Assembly (NCBI GenBank): GCA_026770705.1
Contig: JANJGN010000071.1
Coordinates: 1,860,001-1,924,000, forward strand
Source of the DNA: Isurus oxyrinchus
Lineage: Eukaryota
Direction of reading: 5' to 3'
Length of the DNA stretch: 64,000 nt
Shown here: positions 35,416 through 48,949 of the stretch, piece by piece
Layout: each line of letters begins with the position of its first letter
Position numbering within the stretch: position 1 is the first letter of the stretch
Translations under genes and position numbers: made by a program
Notes under the pieces: generated by a model
The model's database searches: none
What the model was told of the DNA's origin: nothing
Seen by the model: only the letters and a program-made list of their open reading frames with translations

Positions 35416-35664
35416 GGTAAACAGAACGTGCTGATTACTGAGGCCCGGAACACAACCAGAGACACAACTAGTGAGGGGGAGACCCCAACTCCCCGGGGTC
35501 TCTCTGAAGGTCCAGTAGGAGGCGATGTTGGACATGGGAACTCAGACAAACCCGACGAGCTTCTCTACGCCAACATCAACTTTTCAAAGCTGCCCGGCGG
35601 TGACAGGACTGTGCACAGGAGCGAGGACACGGAATACGCACAGATCAGGTTCCAGAAAAACTGA
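35416..35664 (+). CDS. Gene B terminal exon with ITIM (LLYANI) and ITSM/ITIM-like motif (TEYAQI)
   Basis: Phase-0 acceptor, 82 codons plus TGA; motifs at 35560-35577 and 35629-35646. Confidence 0.92.
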   Translation, partial: GKQNVLITEARNTTRDTTSEGETPTPRGLSEGPVGGDVGHGNSDKPDELLYANINFSKLPGGDRTVHRSEDTEYAQIRFQKN

Positions 35665-35955
35665 GTGTGAAACAGGGAGCGGGGCTGTGGGGTGTGTGCA
35701 GCCAACATGGCCAAATAGTAATGAACACAAATATGATGTTGCTCAACTTTTTTTTATTGGTTTTAACTGAGCTTTCTGAATGCTGCACCTTTTTCCATGC
35801 TGTAAAAGATTGTGAGAAGCTTATGAATTATGTATAATTTTACATCTGTTAATACAAGGTGAGGTGACAGTGACTGCCTTTGACATCAAGTCTGCATTTG
35901 ACCGAATGTGGCATCTAGGATCCCGAGTAAAACTGGAGTCAATGGGAATCAGGGG

Positions 35956-36850
35956 TGGTACGAAAGTATAATAATTTGCTTAATATTTTCCAGGTTTGTT
36001 GTAAACTAGGTTTATGGGTGTGAGTGTAGATGGGTCTGACTGTGTAGTTTAATTACATCTGGAGACAGGTACACTGCAAGTTTGAGATTATCAAAAGAAG
36101 CTAGATGTAGAAATGTACTTGAAATGCTAATGAGAAGACATGGAGGCTGCCTTAGCATGTAAGGTGTGAAGGGGTTGTTTAGATTTCAAAGGGATGTTGG
36201 TCTGTTTAGGACAAGCCCAATAAGCAAAGCTAAGGAGTTTTTTTTTTATTTTACCCAAACTTCATTGACAATATTGGCAACATGAAAGTTTATATTATGG
36301 GAAAGGTACAGTTCCAAAGAATTTACACATCAAAGAGAGAGAAACATGTATAAAGGAGAATGAAAGGCTATGTTGGGGGCCATGTAAGATCTAACAGGAG
36401 TGTGTGAAACAGGCTTGAAGAAGCCTCCAGGCATTTGTGCATAAGTCTGTTATGTTCAGTAAATAAAGTTGGAGAAATCCATTTAGAATTCCAGTGTCAA
36501 GTGTGTGCTGTGTTAACTCGCTGGGTTTGTTTTTAATCTAAAATCTTATTTTGGACTGTTGCCTTAAAAGGGGTATGTAACTGGGAGTCAGGTTAATTAG
36601 GAATTTGAGAATATATTTTAGCTGTAACTAACCGTGGTATTATGTCTGTGCTTGAAATCTTTTATTTTGTTAATAAATATCTTAATTGAATTTTTAAAAT
36701 CTCTAAAGGTTGTGGTCAACTCATTACTCCTGAATTCAGTGCACGCTTCTTGTAATAAATACAAATTGCAAAACTATTGTGATAGCGTGACCAATTTTCC
36801 CTTGTGGATTTGGAGCACCAAGCACACATCATCTGCCATGTCATGTCACA
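35956..36850. mobile_element. Solo-LTR-like element nested in a LINE RT fragment
   Basis: Splits an 'AFDIKSAFDRMWH..GIRG|KTL..' LINE remnant; ends ..tgtcaca; reverse-complement similarity to the 15845/20214 family. Confidence 0.5.
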
Positions 36851-37544
36851 GGGAAAACTCTCCACTCGTTGGATTCATACCAAGTACAAAGGAAGGTGGT
36901 TGTGGTTGTTGGAGGTCAGTCATCTCAGTTCCAGGACTGTCGTTGGGTCAGAATCCTGCAACACCCTCCCAAACAGTTCTGTGGGTGTACATACACCACA
37001 GAGACTGCAGCAGTTCAAGAAGGCAGCTCATCCCCATATTCTCAAGGACAATTAGGGATGGGCAATAAATTCTGGCCTAGCCAGTGTCAGTGAATAAATA
37101 CAAAAAAGCAATTAAAATGCCCTGACATTTCTGTACATTTTTATCAAATTAAATACGTACTCTAGTGAATAATTCCATTCTCCAAGGCACCACTTCCTGT
37201 TGTCACATGTCCTTCTGATTATTTAAATTCCTGTGTCATTGGTAATGGAACATTCCCATGTAAACATGTCACACTGTAATTACAGCCTCCTACCAGCGGT
37301 GGTGCTTTAGTGTCCTAGTTTTGCTTCTCAGAGACTGGAGGAGCTGGAAACGTTGTGTTTACAATATAAGTAACACTCAGGAGTGACCAGGGGGATTCTT
37401 TTGGCCAAGTTTACGATGTTGCTAAGATACAATGGCCCCATGGGATTTTTCCTCTTGCGTTTACAAGGTTGAATTGAAGAGATTTTTGAAGTGTCTGGCA
37501 CAGTTTTATTAAGATCCCCTCACAACCAATCTGGTGTCACTGAT

Positions 37545-38050
37545 TTCAGTTCTGGGTCCAGCAGCCTAGGAAGGATATATTGTCCTTGGAGGGGGTGCTG
37601 TGCAGAGTCACCAGAACGATCCCGGGGCTGAAAGGGTTAAATCCCGAGGACAGGTTGCACAGACCAGGCTTGTGTTCCCTCGAGTCTCGAAGATTAAGGG
37701 GTGATCTAATCGAGGGGTTTAAGATGATTAAAGGCTTTGTTACGGGCAATAGAGAGAAACTATTTCCTCTGATGGGGTTGAGGTGAGGAGGGTTCAGAAC
37801 AAGGGGGCAGAACATTAACATTGGAGCCAGGCCGTTCAGGGGGTGATGTCAGGAAGCACTTCTTCACACAAAGCGGGGGTGGAAATCTGGAACTCTCTCC
37901 CCCAGAAAAAGCTGTCGAGACTGGGAGGGGTCAATTGTAAATTTCAAAACTGAGATTGGGAGATGTTTGTTGGGTCGGGGGGTTAAGGGTTACAGAACCG
38001 AGGCGGGTGGATGGGGTTAAGATACAGATCGGACGTGATCCAATCAAATG
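37545..38050 (+). mobile_element. CR1 LINE 3' fragment
   Basis: 'TRTIPGLKGL..EDRL..GLCSLESRRLRGDLIE.FK.IKG'. Confidence 0.85.
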
Positions 38051-39124
38051 TTAGGACGGTGAGTCTCAGGGAGGCTGGCCCAACCCCAGACGCAGCCGTC
38101 TCTGTGACCTGCTTCAACCCTGTGGGTCAGCAATGACAACATGAGTTGATGTTAGCCTGATATGTAGTGCATGGAGGGATATTACTCTCCAGGGTGTGTG
38201 TGCATCACAGTGCTCATTCACATGTGTTCCATGTGCACCTACATCAGCTGTGTAGACATACAAGCCTCAATGCTGCATCCGGGGAATGTGCCGTGTCTCA
38301 CACCTTAGCTGCAGCACGACCCTTCCCTTGGAGCTCTGTGTGCTCGAGACCTATTTTGTTATTTTTTCCTGCCGTCTCTGTGTCCCCCGACCCGGGAGTG
38401 AAAATCCGGCCTTAACTTCCACTTTCTAGTGTCTGAGACAAGAGGCAATGAGTGAGTGGGCTGACGGTCAGGATTAATGCTGTTAATCTGTGTTTGAGGG
38501 GCTGTGAATTCTCGGGGGACTAGTTACTCTCTGAGCTGCAGCTTCCAATTCCTTATTTGATGCCGTGCATGTGGGGTTGGAAGATTCTTTTTAAAACCAC
38601 AGGCAGTTCACAGAAACTCACAGGAAACCCACAGAGAGACAGTCACTGGGATACACACTCACTCCTTGTGGTTTCACCTTTTAACCACATCCTGTCTGTG
38701 TGGCTTAAATGTTAAACACAGTGGCCAGACTCAAGGAGGTTTCACTCTGTNNNNNNNNNNNNNNNNNNNNNNNNNNNNNNNNNNNNNNNNNNNNNNNNNN
38801 NNNNNNNNNNNNNNNNNNNNNNNNNNNNNNNNNNNNNNNNNNNNNNNNNNNNNNNNNNNNNNNNNNNNNNNNNNNNNNNNNNNNNNNNNNNNNNNNNNNN
38901 NNNNNNNNNNNNNNNNNNNNNNNNNNNNNNNNNNNNNNNNNNNNNNNNNNNNNNNNNNNNNNNNNNNNNNNNNNNNNNNNNNNNNNNNNNNNCAGACAGA
39001 CACAAACACACACATTCACACACACACACACATTCACTCACACACACACATTCACTCACACACTGACTCACACACACAAACACACACACAAAGACAATAT
39101 CCCAATGACAACAAACTGCGATTA

Positions 39125-41318
39125 AGAGCTTCCTACAACTTAACTAAGAGACCAAAGACATATTGAACTGTCTAAAAGCGACCTGTTTTTCAAAGAAATA
39201 CAAGATTGTACACAGATCAAAAATGGCTGACACAAGTCACCTGATTGCTGATACTGTGAAGTTGATCACTTCTCTGGAAAGGTTCAAATGAATTGCACTG
39301 CAGACCTGTTGCATGGAAGTTCACGCCTGGGGTGTGTCAGGGTCCACTTCAAATAGAGACACTCTTAAAAGGAAGGCATTAAAATGTAAAGTGCTGGACT
39401 TTGATCAGCTGTAGTTCAATCAAAACATTGGGAACTGCTCACCAAGCGGATAATCATCAACCATTCAAAACCCCCTGTGGAGGATACAATACCCCCGTCT
39501 CCTGTTGATTTATATCTTGAAATGCATCAAAGGTTTCAGAGATGCAAAGATAAAAAAATGGGAATACTTGGTCTATAACAATGAATGCAAAACATGCTGA
39601 TCGAATTGACTTCAGGGATATACAGACAGGAGTTTAACAAATGGTTCTGCCAAGCAGATATAAGAGAAAGGAGGGGAAAAAGAAATATGGCAGTCTTCCA
39701 CAAACACTGCTGGAAAAGAGCAGAAATGATTTCTCCCTCTTTCTCTCTCTGTCTGAAGCTAACAGAATGTCTTCAACAATGTGCAAGTCTGAGCCAGATA
39801 AAATACAGGAATCTACAGAAAACCAACTAATTTAAAACAGCTTCAAACTTCACAGCCTACGCTGTAGTACAAGCAAACGACTCTTTTAATTTTTTATTGG
39901 ACTCTATAATTATNNNNNNNNNNNNNNNNNNNNNNNNNNNNNNNNNNNNNNNNNNNNNNNNNNNNNNNNNNNNNNNNNNNNNNNNNNNNNNNNNNNNNNN
40001 NNNNNNNNNNNNNNNNNNNNNNNNNNNNNNNNNNNNNNNNNNNNNNNNNNNNNNNNNNNNNNNNNNNNNNNTGCGCATTTGTCTGTCNNNNNNNNNNNNN
40101 NNNNNNNNNNNNNNNNNNNNNNNNNNNNNNNNNNNNNNNNNNNNNNNNNNNNNNNNNNNNNNNNNNNNNNNNNNNNNNNNNNNNNNNNNNNNNNNNNNNN
40201 NNNNNNNNNNNNNNNNNNNNNNNNNNNNNNNNNNATTATTTTTCCTCCAGTTAGGTAACTAATAAACTTACTCTTTCTTTGACTCCACCATACGTGGTTT
40301 AATTGGTTCATTCTTAACAATCAAAGAGACTTGCTTTGGAAATTGCATTTGGGGGAAAATATATTTTAAACCCTTTTTGTCAACCAACCATAATTACCTC
40401 TTAAACATCTTAATCTCATTACTACTGAATTCAAAGCCCACATCTCAAAACATACAAGTTGGAAATTAGTTGTGACAGTTGTTTCAAGTTTCCCTCCAGG
40501 ATTTGAACAGCTCAGCATTTACCATCTGTTATGTCATAACAGAGCTTCCTTCAACTTAACCAACGAGCCAAAAACGTATTGAACTGTTTAAAGGAGACCT
40601 GTTTTTCAAAAGTACAAGATTAGGCATTGATCAAAAATGGCTGTCACGAGTCACCTGATTGCTGATACTGCAAACTTGATCACTTCTCTGGAAAGCTTCA
40701 AATGAATTGCACTACAGACATGTTGCATGAAAGTTCTCACTGAGGTGTGTCAGGGTCCACTTGAAACAGGGGCTCCATTAAAAATGCAAAGCGCTGGACT
40801 CTGATCACTGTAGGTCTATCAAGCTAATGGGAACTGCTCACCATGCAGATATTCATCAGTCATTCAAAACCTCTTGTGGAGGATGAAATGCCTCCATCTC
40901 CTGTTGATTTATATCTTGAAATGCATCAAATGTTTCAGAGATGCAAAGATCAAAAAAGGGATTACTTGGTCTGCGACAATGAATGCAAGACATGCTGATC
41001 GAATTCCCTTTGGGAATATACAGACAGGAGTTTAACAACAGGTTCTGTCAAGCAGATATAAGAGAAAGTAGGAGGAAAAAGAAAGATGGCAGTCACTCAA
41101 AAACACTGCTGGAAAAGAGCAGAAATTCTCTCTCTCTCTCTCTCTCTTTCTGAAGCTAACAGCGCATCTTCAACAAAGTGCAAATCTGAATCAAATCACC
41201 ACCAGGATGCCACAGGAAACCAATTAACCTTGAACAGCTGCAAACGTCAACAATCTGCACCTCAAAGACAAGCAATTGTATTAATCATATATTCTTTTAA
41301 ATTTTTATTGGACTCTAA
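39125..41318. repeat. Two diverged tandem copies (39125-39910 and 40541-41318) of an LTR-like repeat
   Basis: Both start 'agagcttcct.caacttaac' and align over ~780 bp; 40440-40540 is the reverse complement of the solo-LTR 5' block. Confidence 0.6.
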
Positions 41319-41721
41319 NNNNNNNNNNNNNNNNNNNNNNNNNNNNNNNNNNNNNNNNNNNNNNNNNNNNNNNNNNNNNNNNNNNNNNNNNNNNNNNNNN
41401 NNNNNNNNNNNNNNNNNNNNNNNNNNNNNNNNNNNNNNNNNNNNNNNNNNNNNNNNNNNNNGTGAGTGTGTGTCTGTCTATGTACCCTTGTGAGTGAATG
41501 TGTGTGTGTGTGTACATGTGTGCGTGTGGATTGTTGCATCTTTATTATTAACGTTATTTAAAAATAGTGATCACACAAGCCTGGTTTCTAAGGAAATGAA
41601 ACTGCAAACAATTTACAGTAAAGTGAAACGTACAGGAATAATCTATTTATTTTGAGCTGATGATATATAATTATACATGAGGCATGTTGCTAATTTCAAA
41701 TGTCATCTGAAATATGGCAGG

Positions 41722-42010
41722 TCTGACAGAGCAGCATTCCCTCAGTGCCCACCCTCTGACAGTGCAGCACTCCCTCAGCATTGACCCTTTGAGAGTGCAG
41801 CACTCCTTCAGTATTGACCCTCTGGGAGTGCAGCACTCCCTCAGCACTGACCCTCTGGGAGTGCAGCTCTCCCTCAGTACCGACCCTCTGGAAGTGCAGC
41901 ACTCCCTCAGTGCTAACCCTCCAACAGTGCAGCACTCTCTCAGTACTGACCCTCTGACAGTGCAGCACTCCCTCAGTACTGACCCTCCAACAGTGCAGCA
42001 CTCCCTCACT
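41722..42010. repeat. 29-bp minisatellite within a diverged duplicate (41550-42090) of 1000-1580
   Basis: Flanks match 1005-1175 and 1500-1580. Confidence 0.85.
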
Positions 42011-44639
42011 GGGAAGAGTCCGTCCGCATTTTAAGCTGAAACCTTGAGACGGTCTCAAAATCCCAACCTTCCATCTCAGAGAGAGAGAGTGCGTTTATGT
42101 GAGAGAGAGAGACAATGTATGTGTGAGAGACTGAGAGTGTGTATGTGTGAGAGAGCAAAAGAGAGGTAGAGTGTGTGTGCATGAGAGAGGGAGGTAGCTT
42201 GTGTGTGAGAGAGAGAGTGTGTGTGAGAGAAAGAGAACGTCTGTGAGAGTGAGAGAGAATTTATGTGTGAGAGAGAAAGATAGAGAGAATGTGCGTGTGA
42301 GATAGTGTGTGTGCAAAACAGAGTGTGTGTCTGTGAGAGAGTGTTTGTGTATGTGAGAGTGTGTGTGTGAGATCATGTGTGTGTGTGTGTTTGAGAAAGA
42401 GGGTGTGTGTGTTTGAGAGAGGGAGTGTGCGAGAAAGAGATGGTGTGAGTGTTTGAGGGAGGGGGAGATTGTGTGTTTGAGACAGGGAGTGAGAGAGAAC
42501 ATGTGTGTGAGAGAGAGAGTGTGTGTGTATGTGTGTGTGTGAAAGAGAAAGTGTTTGTGCAAAACAGTGTGTGTTTGAGAGTATGTGTGCATGTGTGAGT
42601 GTGTGTGTGTGTGCTAATGTTTGTGTCTGTGTGTGTGTGAGGGTTTGTGTGTGAGTGAGTTTGTGCGTTTGTGTGCGTGTGTGTGTGCATGTGTGTGCGT
42701 GAAAGAGTGTTTGTGCAAAAGAGTGNNNNNNNNNNNNNNNNNNNNNNNNNNNNNNNNNNNNNNNNNNNNNNNNNNNNNNNNNNNNNNNNNNNNNNNNNNN
42801 NNNNNNNNNNNNNNNNNNNNNNNNNNNNNNNNNNNNNNNNNNNNNNNNNNNNNNNNNNNNNNNNNNNNNNNNNNNNNNNNNNNNNNNNNNNNNNNNNNNN
42901 NNNNNNNNNNNNNNNNACAGTTACACACGTTGCTAGGGACCACTTTTCCGCCTCTCTGTCAGACTGTGTGTATCTGACAGCAGGTCAGGCAGGAATAGTC
43001 CAGAATGCGTTGTGGTTTTGTAGCATTGAAATAACGACATGAACTAAATGAGTGCTGCACCAAATAAAGACATGGAGTGACCACACCAAAAAACCACGTG
43101 ACATCCCCAGTTTCACATCTCCCTCAAACACAGAAAAACTGGGTTAACACTGACCCTCCTCCCAGAGCCAGTTCACCTCGTGTCCGATGCAGTCAGGAGA
43201 GGAAGATCATCTCTCCTCCGATCCTGGTAAACTGAACATTTCCAGAATTAGATCAGCTCCCTGAAGTGTCTCCAGTTAGTCATTCATCTGACAGGATTGA
43301 CTCTACAACCCTGGGGACTCATTCTCCTGTAAGTAAAACACTTGCTGCTCCAGTCAAATCTCTTCTGTACAGCATGGTCTCTGGATGTCCCAGAACACTT
43401 TACAGTTGAGTTCACCCTTTTTTCGAAGTGTGGTTACTGTTGTAATGTAGGAATCGCAGCAGCCAATTAGCGCACAGCAAGCTCCCACAAACAGCAATGT
43501 GATCATCTGTTTTTGGTGATGCTGGTTGAGGGATAAATATTGGTCCCAGGACACCGGGGAGATCTCCCCCCTGCTCTTCCTCCAAATAGTGGCTGTGGGA
43601 TCTTTCACACCCGCCCGAGAGGGCAGACGGGGGACTCGGTTTAGTGTCTAATATTGGACTAATCTCCAGGCGAGGTTGGTTGGATGGATTATTGACAAGG
43701 TCCATTCACCCTGTAAAGAGTTTCTCTGGTTTGAAATACCCGATCAAACATCGAGTTCTGTGTCTAAACCTTGTGTTGAAAAGACACCTTTCCAGCTCTT
43801 CACCTGCCATTAGATTGTTGAGTCTTCACATGCTCCGTCTGTCCGTGGCCAACCCCTCTTAGCTCATCCTTTCCTTGTCGTACATCGAGCTGTTCATCCT
43901 GACGGGTTCCCTCCTTCCCAGTAACACTCCATCTCCGACATCAAACTAACTCCCAACACGTTGATGAATTGTATGGATTCCAGCGTCAGTTGGTTCTGTC
44001 TGAGGCTGTTTCTCTGATCGGGGACCGAGCTGTTCTGAATGGACATTGTGTTCAGTACTGATCCTCCGACAGTGCAGCACTCCCTCAGTACTTACCCTCT
44101 GACAGTGCAGCACGCCCTCAGTACTGATCCTCTGACAGTGCAGCACTCCCTCACCACTCCCTCACTGGGGAGAATCTACCTGGGTTTTGAGCTGAAATCA
44201 TGAGCAGGTCTTAAAACATTCTGTATCAGAGAGAGAGAGAGTGTCTGAGAGAGAGAGAGAGACAGAGAGACTGTGTGAGAGAGAAAAAGAGATAGAGAGT
44301 GTGCATGTGTGAGGGTGAGTGTTTGTATATGAGGGAGAGAGTGTGCATGTGAGAGTGTGTGAGAGAGAGTGTGTGGGAGAGAGCGTGTGTTTGTGACAGA
44401 GAGTGTGTGTGTGTGTGCGAGGGAGAGAAAGAGAGAGACAGCAGAAGATCGAGATGAAGAGAAATGTTAAATGTTTGAGAGAGAGAGAATGTGTGTGTCT
44501 GAGAGAGAGAGTGTGTGTGTGTGAGAGAGAGTGTGTGCTTGACAGAAAGAGAGATTGTGTTAGTTTTAGGGAAAGTGTGTGAGTGTGTGAGAGAGTGTTT
44601 GTGTCTTTGAGAGAGAGAGAATGTATTTGAGGGACGGAG

Positions 44640-45562
44640 ACAGAGAGAATGTGTATGTGAGAGAGAGAGAGAGAGCAGAAGAGTGCGATAGAGAGAGATT
44701 GTCAGTGTCAGAGAGAGAATGTGTGTGTGTGAGAGAGAGAGAGATAGAGCAGAAGAGTGTGATAGAGAGAGATTGTGAGTGTTAGAGAGAGAATGTGTGT
44801 GTGTGAGAGAGAGAGAGAGAGCAGAAGAGTGCGATAGAGAGAGATTGTGAGTGTTAGAGAGAGAATGTGTGTGTGTGAGAGAGAGAGATAGAGCAGAAGA
44901 GTGCGATAGAGAGAGATTGTGAGTGTTAGAGAGAGAATGTCTGTGTGTGTGAGAGAGAGATAGAGCAGAAGAGTGTGATAGAGAGAGATTGTGAGTGTTA
45001 GAGAGAGACTGTGTGTGTGTGTGAGAGAGAGATAGAGCAGAAGAGTGTGATAGAGAGAGATTGTGAGTGTTAGAGAGAGAATGTCTGTGTGAGAGAGAGA
45101 GAGAGATAGAGCAGAAGAGTGTGATAGAGAGAGATTGTGAGTGTTAGAGAGAGAATGTCTGTGTGAGAGAGAGAGAGAGAGAGAGCAGAAGAGTGTGATA
45201 GAGAGAGATTGTGAGTGTTAGAGAGAGAATGTGTGTGTGTGAGAGAGAGAGATAGAGCAGAAGAGTGTGATAGAGAGAGATTGTGAGTGTTAGAGAGAGA
45301 ATGTGTGTGTGTGAGAGAGAGATAGAGCAGAAGAGTGTGATAGAGAGAGATTGTGAGTGTTAGAGAGAGAATGTGTGTGAGAGAGAGAGAGATAGAGCAG
45401 AAGAGTGTGATAGAGAGAGATTGTGAGTGTTAGAGAGAGAATGTGTGTGTGAGAGAGAGAGAGAGAGAGCAGAAGAGTGTGATAGAGAGAGATTGTGAGT
45501 GTTAGAGAGAGAATGTGTGTGTGTGAGAGAGAGAGATAGAGCAGAAGAGTGTGATAGAGAGA
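44640..45562. repeat. Compound GA/GT satellite, duplicate of 2080-3540
   Basis: Same unit. Confidence 0.95.
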
Positions 45563-48369
45563 GTTCTAATCAAATCAAGGTTCGTTCTTTGTTTGTCTTT
45601 GGTGGGCTTCCCCAGGTGATTGATGTCTCGTTGTTGTTAATGGGCTCGCATGATGTTTATCATTGTCTTCCTGCCCAGTAACTAGTTTTGAACAGAAAGC
45701 CATTGTATGTGTGGAGTATTGATGGGTTCGCATAATTAAATTGCCGGCCTCAGAAGTTAGGAGCGATTATTGATGCAAGATTTAGATGGGCTTCAGTTGC
45801 GTGTGAAGTGAAGTCTTTCTCTGGGTTGATTGTATTAAAGGGAAGAATGCGTATTCTGTCTCCTCTCGTTGTCTGGTTTCAGGCCAAACATTCCACACTG
45901 CTCTCAATAAGCCCGGACATGTGCAGCCCCAGGCCTTCATGGGCCCAGCCTCCTGTCTGCAGGGTTTTCCACTTAACTCAGCAGTTTAAAGGTGCAAAAG
46001 TAATATCCTTGTTGATGATATGGGAAATGTGGGAATTTTGAGAACCCTTCAAGAGATAGGGAGGGTTACAGGGGCTGGAGGAGGTTACAGGTATAGGGAG
46101 GGGTGTAGGGGTTGAAGGTGGTTACAGAGATGGGGAGGGTTGTGGGGGTTGGAGGTGGTTACAGATATAGGGAGGGGTGTAGGGGTTGAAGGTGGTTACA
46201 GAGATGGGGAGGATTGTAGAGGCAGGTGGAGGCTGCCTTAGGGAGGGTTGTAGGTGCTGGAGGAAAGGGAGAGAGAGAGGAGGTTACAGATATAGGGAGG
46301 GAGACAGTCAGAGAGAGAGCCTCCAGGAGATAGAGAGCGATAGAGAGATTGAGAGACAGACAGAGACTAAGAGAGGGAGAAGAGAGAAGGAGAGTGAGAG
46401 AGAGACAGAACAAGTGTGAAAGATGGTGGAAGGGAAGAGTGGGGAGGTGTTGGCCTGATGGTATTTTCACTGGACCAGTAATCCAGAGACCCAGCGTAAT
46501 GCTCCTGGGACCCTGGTTAGAATCTCACCACAGCAGTTGGTGGAATTTGAACTCAATAAAAACCTGGAATTAAAAGTCCGATGATGACCAGGAAACCATT
46601 GCTGATTCTTGTATTTGGGTCACAAATGCCCTTTAGGGAGGGAAATCTGCTGTCCTTACCTGGTCTGGCCTACATGTGACTCCAGACCCACAGCAATGTG
46701 GTTGACTTTTAAAAAGTGGCCTCTGAACAAGGGCAATTAGGGTTGGGCAATAAATGCTGGCCTGGGCAGTGATGTCCACATCACATGAAAGAATGAAATA
46801 AAAGGACAGAGAGGGACAGACAGAGTCGAGAGACACCCAGAATGAAAAAAACACAGTAAACACTGGAAAATAAACATTCTGGTCTGATCTGGTCTTGTAT
46901 ACCTTCAAATGGAACACCAGTAAAACAGGGAAATAAGAGTACTGGGCCAAACTGTTAGAGAGGGTCACATTTAGAGAGAGAGAGAGAGAGAGAAAGAGGG
47001 AGACACTGAAAGAGATAAGGACAAGGAAAGAAAGAGTGAGAGAGAGAGACAGACAGAGACACACAAAGAAGTAGAAAGAAAGTGATAGAGATGAAGCAGG
47101 AGAGAATGAGGAGAAAGATAGATAGATAGAGAGAGAGGATGGTAGAGAAAGAGAACGAGAGGAAAAGAGACAAAGGCAGAATGTGATGGAACACTGAATC
47201 CTTGTCTATGCATTTTGAAATCCAGCCCAGAACTATCATTGGAAGATTCAGCGAGTGTCCAGTACAGGGGACCCAGCCCAACCTTCTCATCCTGACCTTC
47301 CCAGTGGGGCTGAAGAGGGCAGAGAGGAAACCTTCCTCTGTTATTCTGTTGTCGAATAAACACAACAATTCTGGAACTCTGCCCTTTCTATCTCACGGAT
47401 TAGAATATAAGGGGGCAGAGGTCATGCTTCAGTCTACATAAAGCCCTGGCTAGACCACACCTGGAGTCACTGTGAGACATTCTGGGCCCCACACCTTAGG
47501 AAGGATATATTGACCTCGGAGGGAGAGCAGTGTCAGTTTACCAGAATGAGACCGGGACTCCAAGGGTTAAATCACAAGGAGAGATTAAACACAAACTCGG
47601 CTTGTATTCCCTGGAAGTTAGAATGTTAAGCAGGAGATTTGATGAAAGTTTGCATGATATTAAGGGGAACAGATCGGGGGCGATAAAGAGAAACCATTTC
47701 CCCTGGTTGGGGGGAGTCTGGGACTCGGGGTCAGAGCCTAAAAAGGAGAGGCTGACCTTTCAGGAGTGAAATTAGGAAGTACAAAGGGTGGGAGAAATTT
47801 GGAACGGTCTTCCCCAAACTGAAACTGATGCACGATCAAGTTGTTCATTTTAAACCTGTGAGACTGATAGATTTTTGTTATCCAAAGGTATTAAAGGAGA
47901 TGGGACAAAGCCATATGGGGCTAGTTTGCAGATCAGCCATGATCTCATTGAATGGTGGAGCAGGCTCGAGGGGCCAAATGGCCTCCTCCTACCCTCATGT
48001 AATAGAAACTTACCTGTCAGAAGCCAGTTTATGTTGATGTGAGTCTGAGTCGATGACTGAACCCAGTTGGTGACTTGTTCCATACAAAGCAAGAACGTTC
48101 ATGCCCTTCAATGTTCCTGGATAAACCATGAACAAAGCTGGTGACAGTCTCCACATGGTAAACACTGACCGATCAACACATGACATGGCTGTTAACCCTT
48201 AAACCTCAGCGTAAATCAGTTCCCCCTCGAGGCCCCTTGTCCAAAATAAAAGCAACGCACACAATTTGTAAAATAGTAAGTGTAGCAATGAGAGGAGTAA
48301 GGGGTTAGGGGGCGTGCGCTTCACCTGATTTGCCGACATAAGAACCAGCCCCTCTGTTTTTGCTATGTT

Positions 48370-48585
48370 GTGTTGCGTCAATATGAACACATATTTGCAC
48401 AAGGTGAAGGGCGTTGCGGAGGGACTGATAGTTCTCGGCGCCAGACAGTCAATGTCCCAGTGACCTTACTGCTGGTCCCAGGCCAGTGGGACAGGGAACA
48501 TCGACACTGCAATATCCAGAAATGGGTGTGATACCACTCAGCTACCCACCCGCGGCTGTCCCCTTCAAGTGTTTCAGGTATAAGA
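48370..48585 (+). promoter_or_regulatory. Putative TATA promoter of the hepcidin-like gene, copy 2
   Basis: TATAAG at 48579-48584; GGCGCCAGAC at 48437-48446; TTGCGTCAAT at 48373-48382; ATTTGCACAA at 48393-48402. Confidence 0.5.
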
Positions 48586-48670
48586 GCAGGAAGCTCCTCT
48601 AGTTACAAACCAAAGCATCAAAGCAGAGCCAGAAGATCAGAAGAGACAGGCAGAGATGGGAAGCTCCCAG

Positions 48671-48748
48671 ATGAAATGGCGACTTGTCTTGTTCACTCTG
48701 ACTTTGCTGCTCTCCCTGCAGCTGAGTCACTTCTTCTCCTTGTCGAGG
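48671..48748 (+). CDS. Signal-peptide exon 1 (hepcidin-like), copy 2; exon 2 absent
   Basis: Identical to 10051-10128, including the donor. Confidence 0.55.
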
Positions 48749-48949
48749 GTAAGCTAAGAGATGTCCCTCTGGGTGAGGTGTTTCTTGCACATGACTCTAC
48801 GTCTACCACCCAGATAGACTGGTCACTTCCGCAGTTTGATATTATTATGTTCGTGGCTTTAATATTGTCGCCCTCTATGAATTTAACATCATTTCCTTCT
48901 GTCATTTCCCCTGAAATTCTCATTCTTGTTTTCAATCCCTCCTCAGCGA

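Noticed and set aside
22121-35664. Assigning a gene symbol (CD22, MAG, SIGLEC1, CD33)
   Set aside because: Architecture is mixed and lineage-specific; orthology needs phylogeny and synteny
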